Below the pieces are notes generated by a model that saw only the letters and a list, made by a program, of their open reading frames with translations, was not told the DNA's origin and ran no database searches. Positions 24,237 through 33,800 of a DNA stretch of 38,082 nt are shown piece after piece. Within the stretch, counting starts at the first letter, position 1. Each line of letters starts with the position of its first letter. Source of the stretch: a virus. Lineage: Duplodnaviria > Caudoviricetes. The position numbers were made by a program, and so were the translations under genes. Where the stretch lies: positions 1-38,082 of IMG/VR virus record IMGVR_UViG_3300042321_000119, one strand, 5' to 3'.

Positions 24237-25200
24237 TCGTCGTCAGAGCACAGGGCGACAGGCAGTTGTCCCTGAACCCGTGCTCCTTGGCGTAGCGGTC
24301 GTAAATCTTGTAGGACGCCACCTTACAGGCGTGCATCGTGATGCCGCTAATTGCATCCTTCAGAACGCTATAAGCCGACTCGTGCTTGTGACCGGCCACA
24401 TACAGGTGGTCGCGGGTTCCCATCAGCGCAGCCTTCATCGGGCCGTGAGCCGGATTCCAAATACTAGAGCCGCTGTGGTCGTGGCGGGCGTTGATCCGTA
24501 CCTCTAGGCCACTTGGGAACTTAAGCGCTATACGGGCCTCTGAGGACTTATAAAGCGAGTTCTGGTGCTTGGCTATCCAGCGTAGAGGGTCGCCTGAGCC
24601 TGACCACAGGTCGTGGTTGCCGCCGATCATGTAGAGCCAGTCGCAGCGATTAACAAACCACTCGGCTATCTTCCAAGCCTGCGCGGCAGATGTTGCCTGC
24701 TCGCCGTAAAGTTTTGCGAGGCGCCCGACCCAGTTGTTTGTGGTGTCGCCTACGTTCGCTGCAAACAGCCCCTCGGTGCGGTTCACAAGGTCGGTGTGGC
24801 GCTCAATGGCTTCTATGTCGCAACCGTCGTCGTCTACGTGCGGGTCGCCAAAGTGCAGGATGCCGATAGCACCGGCCATCTTCACTTTGATGGGAATAAG
24901 TTTGCTGGCTTCTTCGTGTTCGCGCTTGTGCTGGAACTTGCGCTTGCGCTGGGCAATCAGTTCCTCGATGGGAACGTCATCGTCGGGCAGCGGGGTGAAC
25001 TCGTAGTCGCCCTTGTCTACGACTTGGCGTCCGGGTTGATAGGTGGAGTCAGGGATAACGTACCCCTTGTCCTTCATCTTTTTTAGCCGCATCTGCAAAG
25101 TCCGCTCGTTCATTTTGAACTTTGCAGCGACTATTGCCCGTATGCCGTTTGCTTCCTGTAGTGCTTTTAATATCTGATCATCGGATGCCTTGGACTGCAT
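24139..25200 (-). CDS. HTH plus calcineurin-like metallophosphoesterase
   Basis: GDPH, GDTTN, GNHD, H and GHKH motifs; N-terminal Fis-like HTH. Confidence 0.85.
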   Translation of the reverse strand: MQSKASDDQILKALQEANGIRAIVAAKFKMNERTLQMRLKKMKDKGYVIPDSTYQPGRQVVDKGDYEFTPLPDDDVPIEELIAQRKRKFQHKREHEEASKLIPIKVKMAGAIGILHFGDPHVDDDGCDIEAIERHTDLVNRTEGLFAANVGDTTNNWVGRLAKLYGEQATSAAQAWKIAEWFVNRCDWLYMIGGNHDLWSGSGDPLRWIAKHQNSLYKSSEARIALKFPSGLEVRINARHDHSGSSIWNPAHGPMKAALMGTRDHLYVAGHKHESAYSVLKDAISGITMHACKVASYKIYDRYAKEHGFRDNCLSPCALTTINPALPADHPDLVKVWWDPEEGADYLTFLRRR

Positions 25201-25203
25201 TGC

Positions 25204-25500
25204 TTACTCCATTGTTGTGAGCATCTGTTGCAGCAAGTGTCCAATCCGATCTACAAATTGCTCGTCTCGGCTTAGGTCATCGTGACCAGCGATGTCGAGC
25301 ATCGCGTGAATCGCCTCATGCGCCCACACTTGCTGCCGGTTTGTGCCTTTACAAGAACTTACGATGTGTATCTCGTATTTGTCTGGAAGCCACATTCCAA
25401 CACAATTTTTGCCGTGACGCCACTTGGAGGGCGAAATTACTTTGACATTGATGGTGTGACCGGCTAGTTGGAAGCGCTCTGGGATGCCGTCTTGTCGCAT
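25204..25500 (-). CDS. Small HExxH zinc-metallopeptidase-like protein
   Basis: VWAHEAIHAML...EQFVD. Confidence 0.7.
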   Translation of the reverse strand: MRQDGIPERFQLAGHTINVKVISPSKWRHGKNCVGMWLPDKYEIHIVSSCKGTNRQQVWAHEAIHAMLDIAGHDDLSRDEQFVDRIGHLLQQMLTTME

Positions 25501-25523
25501 AGCGCCCGCTCCATTAAATGAGG

Positions 25524-26003
25524 CTAACTCAAAAACAATACCCGCTCGTCGTTACGACGTTTGACGAGGCCGGGTAACACCTTACCACCGGCTTTTGTCC
25601 ACTTTTTGAATTCTTCGGCTGCCTCTTCAAAGTCGCCTCGATTGACCTTCATCCGTAAGCCAGAGCGCTGAAGGTTGCCTAGCCCCACGTTAAAGGCAAA
25701 AGATACAAGAGCATCAAAGACTCCCTGACGGCCAACAACAGCAGGGCAAAGTCGAACCACACCACGCTCAAACCGGCCAAGGTCTTGAGCAAGTATCCGG
25801 TCCACCTCGTCCATCGAGAGAGTTCGATCCCATCCTGCGGGTATCGGTAGGCTCTTGCGTTCCTCATACTTCACCGCAGCGTGAGCCGGGTCTATAACGT
25901 GGCCGACCCCGACCGTCCATAGCAGGGCCGGACACCGATAAGGGCGCGTCCTTACGCCCTCATGATGCTTGATCATCTGTATTGCAGCAGGACTGACCTT
26001 CAC
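25524..26003 (-). CDS. Endolysin, GH24 lysozyme
   Basis: HEG...YRCPA..WTVGVGH, FDALVSFAFNVG, WTKAGGKVLPGLVKRR. Confidence 0.95.
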   Translation of the reverse strand: MKVSPAAIQMIKHHEGVRTRPYRCPALLWTVGVGHVIDPAHAAVKYEERKSLPIPAGWDRTLSMDEVDRILAQDLGRFERGVVRLCPAVVGRQGVFDALVSFAFNVGLGNLQRSGLRMKVNRGDFEEAAEEFKKWTKAGGKVLPGLVKRRNDERVLFLS

Positions 26004-26485
26004 TTCTTGCCGAAAGCCTGCGTGCCAAACCAGAAGGCAATGATTGACGACAGTATCAGCATCTCGTCATCTGAGAACACTTCAGCCATTGCAGCAGCAA
26101 ACGGCACGCCTGTGTTGTAGGCGTACCAAACACCTGCAATGTTGATAGCGACCAGTTCCAGCACAAAAATGTACGTTACAACCGGGCGCACCGAAGCACG
26201 CAAGTTGATCATCCATTGGGATGCGCCTTTGCCAATCTCAACGTCGTGGCTATACAGCGCCTGACGTTCCTCGGCAGCAGTCTGCGTTTGGATTTGCTCC
26301 AGTTTGATTTCCTCAACCCGTGCCTGCGCGATAAACCCGCGTTCTGCGAGGGCTAGTTCGCGCTCCTTCTGCGCGGCGACAAGGGCTAACTCATGCTTCT
26401 TGTCTTGGCGGTCTTGGAAGATTTGCAGAATCTTGGGCAAACCGCCTGCAAGGAACGACAGGAATGTGCTAACCATTGTCATCAT
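26000..26485 (-). CDS. Holin-like membrane protein
   Basis: N-terminal hydrophobic helix, coiled coil, SVRPVVTY TM segment, IIAFWFG; directly upstream of the lysozyme. Confidence 0.7.
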   Translation of the reverse strand: MMTMVSTFLSFLAGGLPKILQIFQDRQDKKHELALVAAQKERELALAERGFIAQARVEEIKLEQIQTQTAAEERQALYSHDVEIGKGASQWMINLRASVRPVVTYIFVLELVAINIAGVWYAYNTGVPFAAAMAEVFSDDEMLILSSIIAFWFGTQAFGKK

Positions 26486-26895
26486 TTGGAAGCCCTCACT
26501 ACGTCGTCGCCCTTGGTAACGGTGACATGATCGCCCTCAACGTCCACCCGCATCGGCTGTTCTTTGCGATCCAGCCGGTCTAGTTTGGCGATCAGTTCCT
26601 TAATTACCTCAAACTCGGGCTTATCTTCCTTCTCCACCGTGCCTGCAATGCTGGCAAGCATAGAGATAAGAGCGGTCAGCGAGGCACCAAGCAGCCCCAT
26701 CACGGCAGCGATCTTGTCCGAATCTAGCGCAAGGCTAGACAGCACGCCGATCACCACAATGGCCGTGATGTATTTCAGCCCGTCCTTACCAATGGCTTTA
26801 CCGGCTACGTCCTTGGCAGACGACTGCGCTTCAAGCCGTTGCAACTCGGCCTGTATTTGCACTTTTAGCAACTGGATGTCGGTAACGTCGTTCAT
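26482..26895 (-). CDS. Two-TM membrane protein of the lysis module
   Basis: Two hydrophobic segments: YITAIVVIGVLSSLAL and IAAVMGLLGASLTALISML. Confidence 0.65.
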   Translation of the reverse strand: MNDVTDIQLLKVQIQAELQRLEAQSSAKDVAGKAIGKDGLKYITAIVVIGVLSSLALDSDKIAAVMGLLGASLTALISMLASIAGTVEKEDKPEFEVIKELIAKLDRLDRKEQPMRVDVEGDHVTVTKGDDVVRASK

Positions 26896-26904
26896 TTTTA
26901 ACCT

Positions 26905-27003
26905 TTAACTAAAGAACAGTATTGTTAATAGTGCTGCAAACAGTACGCTTACGCAGGCAATTACTTTTAAATTAGCGCGAGTCCGCACCCATGCCGCCCA
27001 CAT
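26905..27003 (-). CDS. 32-aa single-TM peptide
   Basis: MWAAWVRTRANLKVIACVSVLFAALLTILFFS; TGATG overlap with the upstream gene. Confidence 0.45.
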   Translation of the reverse strand: MWAAWVRTRANLKVIACVSVLFAALLTILFFS

Positions 27004-27224
27004 CACTTGTCGGCCTTTTCGTCCAACTTGTCCCAAATGCGGGTCAGGATTTGCTCAATACGCTCTAAGGCGGACTTGTAGTCATCGCGGCGCACGAACT
27101 GGTGCATCATCTCTTTGTGGTCACGCTGAAGGTTCTCTAGGCTCGTCGTAATCGAGCGCAAGGTCCAACCGCCAAACGCTGCTGCAACTGCCACCGCAAT
27201 GTTAAAAGCCGCCTGATAATCCAC
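27003..27224 (-). CDS. Single-TM plus coiled-coil lysis-associated protein
   Basis: FNIAVAVAAAFGGW...FVRRDDY...IWDKLDEKADK. Confidence 0.7.
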   Translation of the reverse strand: MDYQAAFNIAVAVAAAFGGWTLRSITTSLENLQRDHKEMMHQFVRRDDYKSALERIEQILTRIWDKLDEKADK

Positions 27225-27225
27225 G

Positions 27226-27420
27226 TCACTTCTCCGAAAGCGCCTGCGTGGTGACAGCCCGCAGTACGAGGTTTGCCAACGCGCCGACCATTAGGATCGC
27301 CGCAGCCACTTCCTGCCCCCACAGCACGGTCATGTGACCGCCTACAAGTTCAAGGCCGCCAAGGACGGCCAGCAGGACATTCCACCAAACAGTCTTAGAC
27401 TTGAGTGCGCCTTGCAGCAT
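27226..27420 (-). CDS. Small two-TM holin-like protein
   Basis: KSKTVWWN...NLVLRAVTTQAL motif. Confidence 0.65.
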   Translation of the reverse strand: MLQGALKSKTVWWNVLLAVLGGLELVGGHMTVLWGQEVAAAILMVGALANLVLRAVTTQALSEK

Positions 27421-27431
27421 GTGGCTTCCAA

Positions 27432-28838
27432 TTACTCGGGTAACATTCCAGCCGCATATAGTGTCGGGCCGACTTGCGGCACAACCTGCGGCATGATGGA
27501 TTGCGGCATGATCGGCGAGCCGGTCAAGGCTTGCTGGCGCAGACGAGCAGCCTGCATCAACGCCAATCGGTTTGCAGCGCCGCGAGAACCGTAGCCTGTG
27601 ACTGCCGTAGCAGCGGTAAAGGCGGGGCTTACAAAGAAACCACCACCATAGCCAGCAGCGCCAATACGACCTGGCAGCGTGCGAAGTTCGTTGATTCGAG
27701 GCGGCGCCAAAGTGCCAATGCCTGCAAGAGCATTTACGGTGTAGTTACCTTCAGCGAGGTCTTTAATGACCTTACGCTCCTCTTCCGAAAACGCTTTCAA
27801 AGCGCGTTCGTCGTCGTTTAACTGCTGGAACTTACGACGCAGGAACACAGCAGGCTCTTGTGAAGAGCGGTTAGACGCTTTGATGATGTCGTCAATCTTT
27901 TTGCCGCGACTCATCTTGGTCCACAACGACCGCGCTTCCTCTAAATCCTCTCTCGCTACCTTGGGGAACTGCTCTGCGAACTGGTCAATCTGCTTGATAG
28001 CAACCGATCCAAGTTGTTGCTCTTTACCGCTGCTTTGTGCGGCACGGGCGGCAATACGTCGAGCGGTGTCTAATTGCTCAAGGCTAACGTCCAAGCCAAG
28101 TGCAGCATCGGACTCAAGCGTATTAATCAGTTTATTGATCTTGACGTGAGCAACAGGGTTGTATCGTTCAGCGGCCAAACTGTTTTTAAGTCCGCTAATA
28201 AAGTTGTTGAATTGGTCTAACTGGACTACACCGCCCGCCTTTTCTGACGAAGCGTACTTACGTTTTGCAGCAGCCTCTACGTCTTTAACAGACGGCCCTT
28301 TGGGTTGCATGAAACGGCCAACAACCTTGCCCGCACCGGGCACAGCAGCGCCAATCAAGGCACCTTCTGCTATTTGCTCAGGTGAAACCACGCCAGCACC
28401 GGCACCGCCAGCAATAGCGCCGCCAGCAGTGCGAGTAGCAATGTCGGCAACGCGAGATGTACCGGGCGCAAAACCAGTGCGGAATCCACCACTTTCAATC
28501 GCAGTGCCGAGGGCGCGTAACGCAGGTGATGCGGCGCCAGCGGTACGTACTGCGCCACCCAGAACAGGCCCAGCAGCAAACCCGCCAAGGACTTGAGCGC
28601 CAGTTCTAACAGCCTGCATACGCTCTTCAGGCGTCATGCCGGTTTCGGCTACTTGTGCGCGAAAGCCTGTCGCTCGATCACCGATGTCCCCCAATGATGG
28701 GGCGCGTCTGCTCGGCATTACATCGGGCGCTTTAGCAGGAATGGCCGCAGCCGGAGCAGCGACTTCTTCACCAGCAGTCCACCACTCCTCGGCAGGTTGC
28801 TCTTCAACAACCTCGCCAGATTCCCACCACTTAGCCAT
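27432..28838 (-). CDS. Internal virion / DNA ejection protein (large)
   Basis: WWE repeats at the N-terminus, Gly/Ala-rich hydrophobic stretches; third gene of the ejection trio. Confidence 0.65.
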   Translation of the reverse strand: MAKWWESGEVVEEQPAEEWWTAGEEVAAPAAAIPAKAPDVMPSRRAPSLGDIGDRATGFRAQVAETGMTPEERMQAVRTGAQVLGGFAAGPVLGGAVRTAGAASPALRALGTAIESGGFRTGFAPGTSRVADIATRTAGGAIAGGAGAGVVSPEQIAEGALIGAAVPGAGKVVGRFMQPKGPSVKDVEAAAKRKYASSEKAGGVVQLDQFNNFISGLKNSLAAERYNPVAHVKINKLINTLESDAALGLDVSLEQLDTARRIAARAAQSSGKEQQLGSVAIKQIDQFAEQFPKVAREDLEEARSLWTKMSRGKKIDDIIKASNRSSQEPAVFLRRKFQQLNDDERALKAFSEEERKVIKDLAEGNYTVNALAGIGTLAPPRINELRTLPGRIGAAGYGGGFFVSPAFTAATAVTGYGSRGAANRLALMQAARLRQQALTGSPIMPQSIMPQVVPQVGPTLYAAGMLPE

Positions 28839-30100
28839 TACGGCTTTCTCCGCGTCTTTCCGTCAGGGCCAACGTACAACGAACCAGACGGCAGTTTGTC
28901 TAGTTCAGCCTTTGAATTAACCTTAACCGGGGCTGCTGCCGGAGCAGCGGGGGCAATAGAAGGCTCGCTTGCGCCTTTTACGGGTTTTGCGTATTGAGTT
29001 TGGCCCCATGCGGTCTGATATTCTTCACCCGCCTGATTTGCCAAATTATCCAAAAAAACGCGAATTTCCAGCAGTTTGTCTTTTGCGCCTTGTTCAGACA
29101 TTGTTGGGCGAAGTTCCGCAATCATGCCTTCAAGAATCGGCCACTCGCGTTCAGTAATCTGACCAATAGCGCCCGGACCAGCGCCAGCAATAATCTTTTT
29201 ACCGGCTGCTTTTAAATTGTTTCTCAACGATTCCAAGTCGGAACGAAGGTCGGCGGTCTTGCCTGACAATTCACGCGAAGCATACGCAGTGTATCCGCCA
29301 AACAAGTTATTAAATGCGTCAGCGTTTTCTGGTGCCAACAAGCGATCAATTTTGGCAAGTTGCAATGAACGTTGGTTGTTAATTGCATTAAGAGCGGTGT
29401 AGTCCTTGTTGTGTTTGCCGGACTGCTTGATATAAATATCAGAGCCTTCCACAGCCTCAACACGGCCAGCCTCGGGATTCCAACGCTCGCCTTTCTGTAG
29501 TTCAGGTGGTTTAACCATGCCTGACATACCAGCATTAGCGGTACGCTCTTCAAAAGTTTGCTTGCGTTCGGCAAGCGCAACTTGGCGACGTTGGACGGCG
29601 GTAGTATCTCTTTTCAACTCCGCATCAAGTCGCTCTGACGCGGTAAGCACGGCGTTTCTGGCTTGCTCAACAAATGCAGGATCGTACTGTTCAGGAATTT
29701 GAGCAACATCAATTCCCATGTTTGCAGCCATGCCGCGAACACGGGCGTAACTCGGCGCGTCCACAGCAGACGTTACCAAGTTATACATGTCTTTTAAGCG
29801 CTGACTTTGGGCTTCGTAATCAGCCTTGGCTGCTTGTGAACGCTGAGTACCCATCGTTGCTAGGTTCTTAGCCATCTCGGCCCCTTGCGGCCCAAAGCGA
29901 AGCAACTGGTTTTGCACTTCCGGCGACGAAAGGTCTGCCGATGATAAGTAATTACGCAGTTCGGCCTCTTGACGAGCAGCCTCCATTTGCGCTGCTTGCT
30001 GCTGTTGGGCTAGGCGATTGGCACGGCCAAGTTCCATGCCCTGCACGTATGAGCCAAGGATGTTTACTGGCTCAAGTTGAGTTGCTCCGATGACTGGCAT
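28838..30100 (-). CDS. Internal virion / DNA ejection protein
   Basis: Gln/Ala-rich helical protein, GAIGQITERE motif, LPSGSLYVGPDGKTRRKP tail. Confidence 0.65.
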   Translation of the reverse strand: MPVIGATQLEPVNILGSYVQGMELGRANRLAQQQQAAQMEAARQEAELRNYLSSADLSSPEVQNQLLRFGPQGAEMAKNLATMGTQRSQAAKADYEAQSQRLKDMYNLVTSAVDAPSYARVRGMAANMGIDVAQIPEQYDPAFVEQARNAVLTASERLDAELKRDTTAVQRRQVALAERKQTFEERTANAGMSGMVKPPELQKGERWNPEAGRVEAVEGSDIYIKQSGKHNKDYTALNAINNQRSLQLAKIDRLLAPENADAFNNLFGGYTAYASRELSGKTADLRSDLESLRNNLKAAGKKIIAGAGPGAIGQITEREWPILEGMIAELRPTMSEQGAKDKLLEIRVFLDNLANQAGEEYQTAWGQTQYAKPVKGASEPSIAPAAPAAAPVKVNSKAELDKLPSGSLYVGPDGKTRRKP

Positions 30101-30102
30101 GG

Positions 30103-30852
30103 TTACTCTCCGAGTCCGTATCTGCCGGTGTAGGGAATTGCAGAGCCGCCGTATGCCCCAGTTCCAGCGCCACTTCCGCCGATACCGGAACTGGGCGATC
30201 CAAAGTAACCGCCACGATACATGCCATACAAACCAGCGCCTTGGCTAAGGGCTTGGTTCAAAGCATTAGCCTGACCAAGATAGCCAGAAGCGCGAGCCTG
30301 ACCACCACCTAACTGAATGTTGGCGATGTTGCTACCAGCGCTTCCCATTGCACTTACGTTTTGTCCAGCAATCGCGGGGCCGTAACCGCCGATTCCGAGC
30401 AATGCGTTAGTAACGGTTGCGCGTTGATTCATCAAGCGGTTGTAAGCATTTTGGAATTCCTGCGAACCCATTTCCTGCCCGTACCGCACACCGGCCTTAA
30501 TTGCGCCACCGCCAAACAACTGCCCGCGAGCAGACTGCATACGAGCAAGCGCCTTTTCTCCTTCAGACATTCTGAAAGAAAAACCGGGGTCTACCGTCAG
30601 GTCTTCCATGGTCGGAGTCTTGGTGTACATGCCTTCAGGCCCGTACAACTCCGATAGGCGATTAAGTTGTTGAAGCGACAGTTCTCGAAACGGGCGAGTT
30701 TCCTCTAACTGCCGTTCAAGCATCCTCTCTTGGGATGCCTCCGCTGATCGAGCGGCATCTGTTTGCGCTCTTGCCGCCTTACTTGCTGAGCGACTGCCGA
30801 CAGCAGCCGATCCAATGCTGGATGCGGCAATAGCAACTACTGGATTAGCCAT
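30103..30852 (-). CDS. DNA pilot / ejection protein (P22 gp7-like position)
   Basis: Hydrophobic N-terminus, DPGFSFRMSEG...SARG..GG.IKA..YGQ..SQEFQNAYNRL, GQARASGY. Confidence 0.75.
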   Translation of the reverse strand: MANPVVAIAASSIGSAAVGSRSASKAARAQTDAARSAEASQERMLERQLEETRPFRELSLQQLNRLSELYGPEGMYTKTPTMEDLTVDPGFSFRMSEGEKALARMQSARGQLFGGGAIKAGVRYGQEMGSQEFQNAYNRLMNQRATVTNALLGIGGYGPAIAGQNVSAMGSAGSNIANIQLGGGQARASGYLGQANALNQALSQGAGLYGMYRGGYFGSPSSGIGGSGAGTGAYGGSAIPYTGRYGLGE

Positions 30853-31294
30853 GAGGAAATTCCCCGCGATACGTCGCAAAACTTTCGCCGTATAGTGCCA
30901 TCACCGCACCTGCTTTTTCCATAGCAGACTCTCGGCCCTGACACAACAGCACCACTAAAAGAACCAAGTCATAGTAAGCGGCACGCCAAACGAACGACCG
31001 TTCGTCAGCCAAACCATTGCGTTCGGCGTCATCCGAAGCCTTCCACTTCAGAATGGCCGTACCCACCGCAGGCAATAACTGCCCTGCGTGAGCCATAAAG
31101 AAACTATTTGCAGGCATACCCACAAGGGTGCGCCACACGGTATCGTCCAGCGACTTACGGTCTACCGGGTCGCCATCGGCTACGTCGTCAAACACCTGCG
31201 TAACGTGCCACAAGTCAATCAGCCAAGCCACCGCATCTGGCGGCAACTCCAGCGCAGCAAAGTTCTCGCGCAACCAGTATTCGGCTTCGGTCAC
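30845..31294 (-). CDS. Helical protein with DDxxD motif (hypothetical)
   Basis: QVFDDVADGD...MPANSFF; lies between tail and ejection genes. Confidence 0.65.
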   Translation of the reverse strand: MTEAEYWLRENFAALELPPDAVAWLIDLWHVTQVFDDVADGDPVDRKSLDDTVWRTLVGMPANSFFMAHAGQLLPAVGTAILKWKASDDAERNGLADERSFVWRAAYYDLVLLVVLLCQGRESAMEKAGAVMALYGESFATYRGEFPHG

Positions 31295-31626
31295 GACACT
31301 TCCCGACCAGAGGATCGGATGTTGATGGCCGAGGCAGTGCCGGCAATCGTGGAGATAAACCCGCCCGGTTGCAGCACATGGCCGACCAACTCAGGGAACG
31401 TATACGTCTCCGAGGGCAGCAGCGTCTTGGCCTTAATGATCAAGTTCTGGTTGCCCGACGAGTCAAACTGCGTCACAAGGTTGATCGAGATCGTGGCCGC
31501 CGACGCGCTGTAGTTCGTCGCCGTGAACTTGTCGATGATGGCCGATACGTTCGTAGCCGTGTATTGGGTTACTTGCGTGTTCTCGGCAATCTTGGCCGGG
31601 ATCAGGACTTTTACGTTAACTGCCAT
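31291..31626 (-). CDS. Small beta-sandwich virion protein
   Basis: YTATNVSAIIDKFTATN...ETYTFPELVGHVLQPGGFIST...SGRE. Confidence 0.7.
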   Translation of the reverse strand: MAVNVKVLIPAKIAENTQVTQYTATNVSAIIDKFTATNYSASAATISINLVTQFDSSGNQNLIIKAKTLLPSETYTFPELVGHVLQPGGFISTIAGTASAINIRSSGREVS

Positions 31627-31633
31627 GTGTCAC

Positions 31634-32296
31634 CTAAAAGGTAAATACCATTCGGACGCGACCGTTAGTGCCGACCAAGCCCGGATCGCCGCCCTCTACC
31701 GGGTCGCCACCGTTGCCGCCAGCGCCAGCAGTGAGGCTATTATCGCCTACGATGCCCGTAGCGCCGGTTTGGGTAAAGGCAGCCCCTCCGTTGCCATTCA
31801 CTGACGGCGGCACCGTACCGCCCGTCTGCGTGCCTCCGGCGCCCTGCTGGCTGCCAAATATGCCAATACCGCCGTAGCCGCCAAAACCGCCCGTAGAGAT
31901 CATTTCGTCTAGGGCGTAGGTTCCGGCGTAGACAACAGACTGGGTGCCAGCGCCGCCCACAGCGTCCCCAACCGTGCCGCCTCTACCAGCAGCACCGACA
32001 GTGTACAGAATAGTTTTAAGGGCATCTGGCGCGGTTAACACAATGACTCGTTTAGCGTAGGCACCGCCGCCACCACCGCCACCGGGGTTCTCTTGCGGCT
32101 CGTACAAGAACTCGCCAAATATCTGGGTGACAGTGCCGTAGCCACCGCCACCGCCTGCGCCCCACACCTCAATGGTGACGCCCGTGGCTCCCGTGGGAAT
32201 CGTGACGCTACCCGACCCAGACGAGAAGTCGAATACACCGGCACCGGCTCCCCCCGTCGTGCCTGCAATCGCCGCTGCTAAGGTAGCGCCGCCCAT
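31634..32296 (-). CDS. Single-domain glycine-rich adhesin
   Basis: ATG overlaps the fibre stop (TAATG); TIPTGATGVTIEVWGAGGGGG...GGGGGAY...YTVGAAG...NGRVRM. Confidence 0.75.
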   Translation of the reverse strand: MGGATLAAAIAGTTGGAGAGVFDFSSGSGSVTIPTGATGVTIEVWGAGGGGGYGTVTQIFGEFLYEPQENPGGGGGGGAYAKRVIVLTAPDALKTILYTVGAAGRGGTVGDAVGGAGTQSVVYAGTYALDEMISTGGFGGYGGIGIFGSQQGAGGTQTGGTVPPSVNGNGGAAFTQTGATGIVGDNSLTAGAGGNGGDPVEGGDPGLVGTNGRVRMVFTF

Positions 32297-33096
32297 TAGG
32301 ACAATCCCGCTCCGCTGATCAGCCAAGACGTGCTGCCAATCTTGACGCAGGTAGCCAAGCCGTTACGAGCCAAAGTGCGAGTGCCGGTCGTGGTGCTGTT
32401 CGCCAGAGTCAGCGTGTCAGTCGTAATGGAAATCGACAACGCGCTGGTATTGACGTTGACGATAATAATCACGGTGCCCACCGGGAACGCGACGGCAGAG
32501 TTAGCCGGAATAGTCAGCGTCAGGCCGGTGCCGTTCATCAGAATCGACTTACCGCGATCTGCCAGCACTAACTGATAGTTAGCCGTCTTAGATACCTGCG
32601 GGGCTTCTCGATAGCCGACCGCATAGTTGGCGCTAACCGAATCGTTGTCCGGGATCAGCGGCGTGCCGGTGAACGTGGGCGAGGCAATCGGCGCATAAGT
32701 CGCTGCCGCAGCCGTTGTCGTCAGGCCGTCGGTGATGCCGTAGCCAGCCAGTGTCGTCGGCGTGCCCGTAATCGTGGACCACGCGACGCTCTCCGTAGAG
32801 ATGTCGTTGATGCCAACAATGTCGTCGTACTCGCCGATTTGAACGTCATTAGAGTCCGTCAAAACAAAACGATATTTAACGCCCTCGCTTAACCACATGT
32901 CTTCTGGCAGCCGTCCGCCAGAGTCAAGAATGATGGGGTTAGCGTTGGTAGAGACTCCAACAATAGACGTATAAGTAGTCTGCGGGGTCGTCGTGCCAGC
33001 GGCGTAGGTATAGATCTTTCCGCCCGACAGGACTGCGCCATCGTCGGTGAAGAACTGCGCCCCGGCTCCTGCAAAGGCTGAAAGATAAACGGTCAT
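32296..33096 (-). CDS. Tail fibre with particle-binding N-terminus
   Basis: QFFTDDGAVLSGGKIYTYAAGTTTP...NPIILDSGGR (tailspike head-binding-like), PTTLAGYGITD, ASPTFTGTP, C-terminal VGYREAPQ domain. Confidence 0.8.
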   Translation of the reverse strand: MTVYLSAFAGAGAQFFTDDGAVLSGGKIYTYAAGTTTPQTTYTSIVGVSTNANPIILDSGGRLPEDMWLSEGVKYRFVLTDSNDVQIGEYDDIVGINDISTESVAWSTITGTPTTLAGYGITDGLTTTAAAATYAPIASPTFTGTPLIPDNDSVSANYAVGYREAPQVSKTANYQLVLADRGKSILMNGTGLTLTIPANSAVAFPVGTVIIIVNVNTSALSISITTDTLTLANSTTTGTRTLARNGLATCVKIGSTSWLISGAGLS

Positions 33097-33800
33097 AGAG
33101 ATACCTGCGTCATAGTAAGGATGACTGACGGAATACCGGGATGAACTGCGGTAGCGGCTTCCGACAAGATTTGGACGGATGTGTCGTCGGTTGCCCACAT
33201 CAACTGGAGATAGTCTCCGTTTGACATAGGCACAAATATGTTCGCTGCCACAAAAACTTCAGCGTTGTTGCCTTGGATGCGAACTTGCGATCCAGTGTAG
33301 GGCACATCAACGCCATTAACCCTGACCCACACCCAGAACAATCCAGTACCGCCAGAGGTCTTGTCCAACTGCAATGAGAACTGCATGTTGTAGACAGTGG
33401 GCCGAGTGACTTTGATGTGCGAAGACGCAGCGGGGTCTATGTACACGCCATAACGATTTGACGTGTTGTTGAACGTCATTGCATACGGCGTATTAGCCAC
33501 TGCTGCCGTCTGAGTCGTTGTTGAATAGAACGCACCATAGTTGACAGGGTTCGGTTCGTATCGAGCCGTGCCTTTTTGTAGGTCGTCCAGTTGCCCCTTG
33601 ACCACCGCTAATTCGTCTTCGGTGTTAGACGACAAGGAAGGCGTCAACTCAAGATCAGAGATGGTGGTCTGCGTAGTGCCACCACCCGTCAACTGGTACT
33701 GGTTGTTGAGAAACCGGAACCACTCACGCGAAATCAGCCCAGTGCGCTCGTCGATAAACGGCACACGCGGGGCAGGGATTTGCGTGATGTTTACGGTCAC
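33093..33800 (-). CDS. Tail protein (needle/knob-like, P22 gp26 position)
   Basis: PAPRVPFIDERTGLISREWFRFL N-terminus, short coil, beta-rich C-terminal domain. Confidence 0.6.
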   Translation of the reverse strand: MTVNITQIPAPRVPFIDERTGLISREWFRFLNNQYQLTGGGTTQTTISDLELTPSLSSNTEDELAVVKGQLDDLQKGTARYEPNPVNYGAFYSTTTQTAAVANTPYAMTFNNTSNRYGVYIDPAASSHIKVTRPTVYNMQFSLQLDKTSGGTGLFWVWVRVNGVDVPYTGSQVRIQGNNAEVFVAANIFVPMSNGDYLQLMWATDDTSVQILSEAATAVHPGIPSVILTMTQVSL

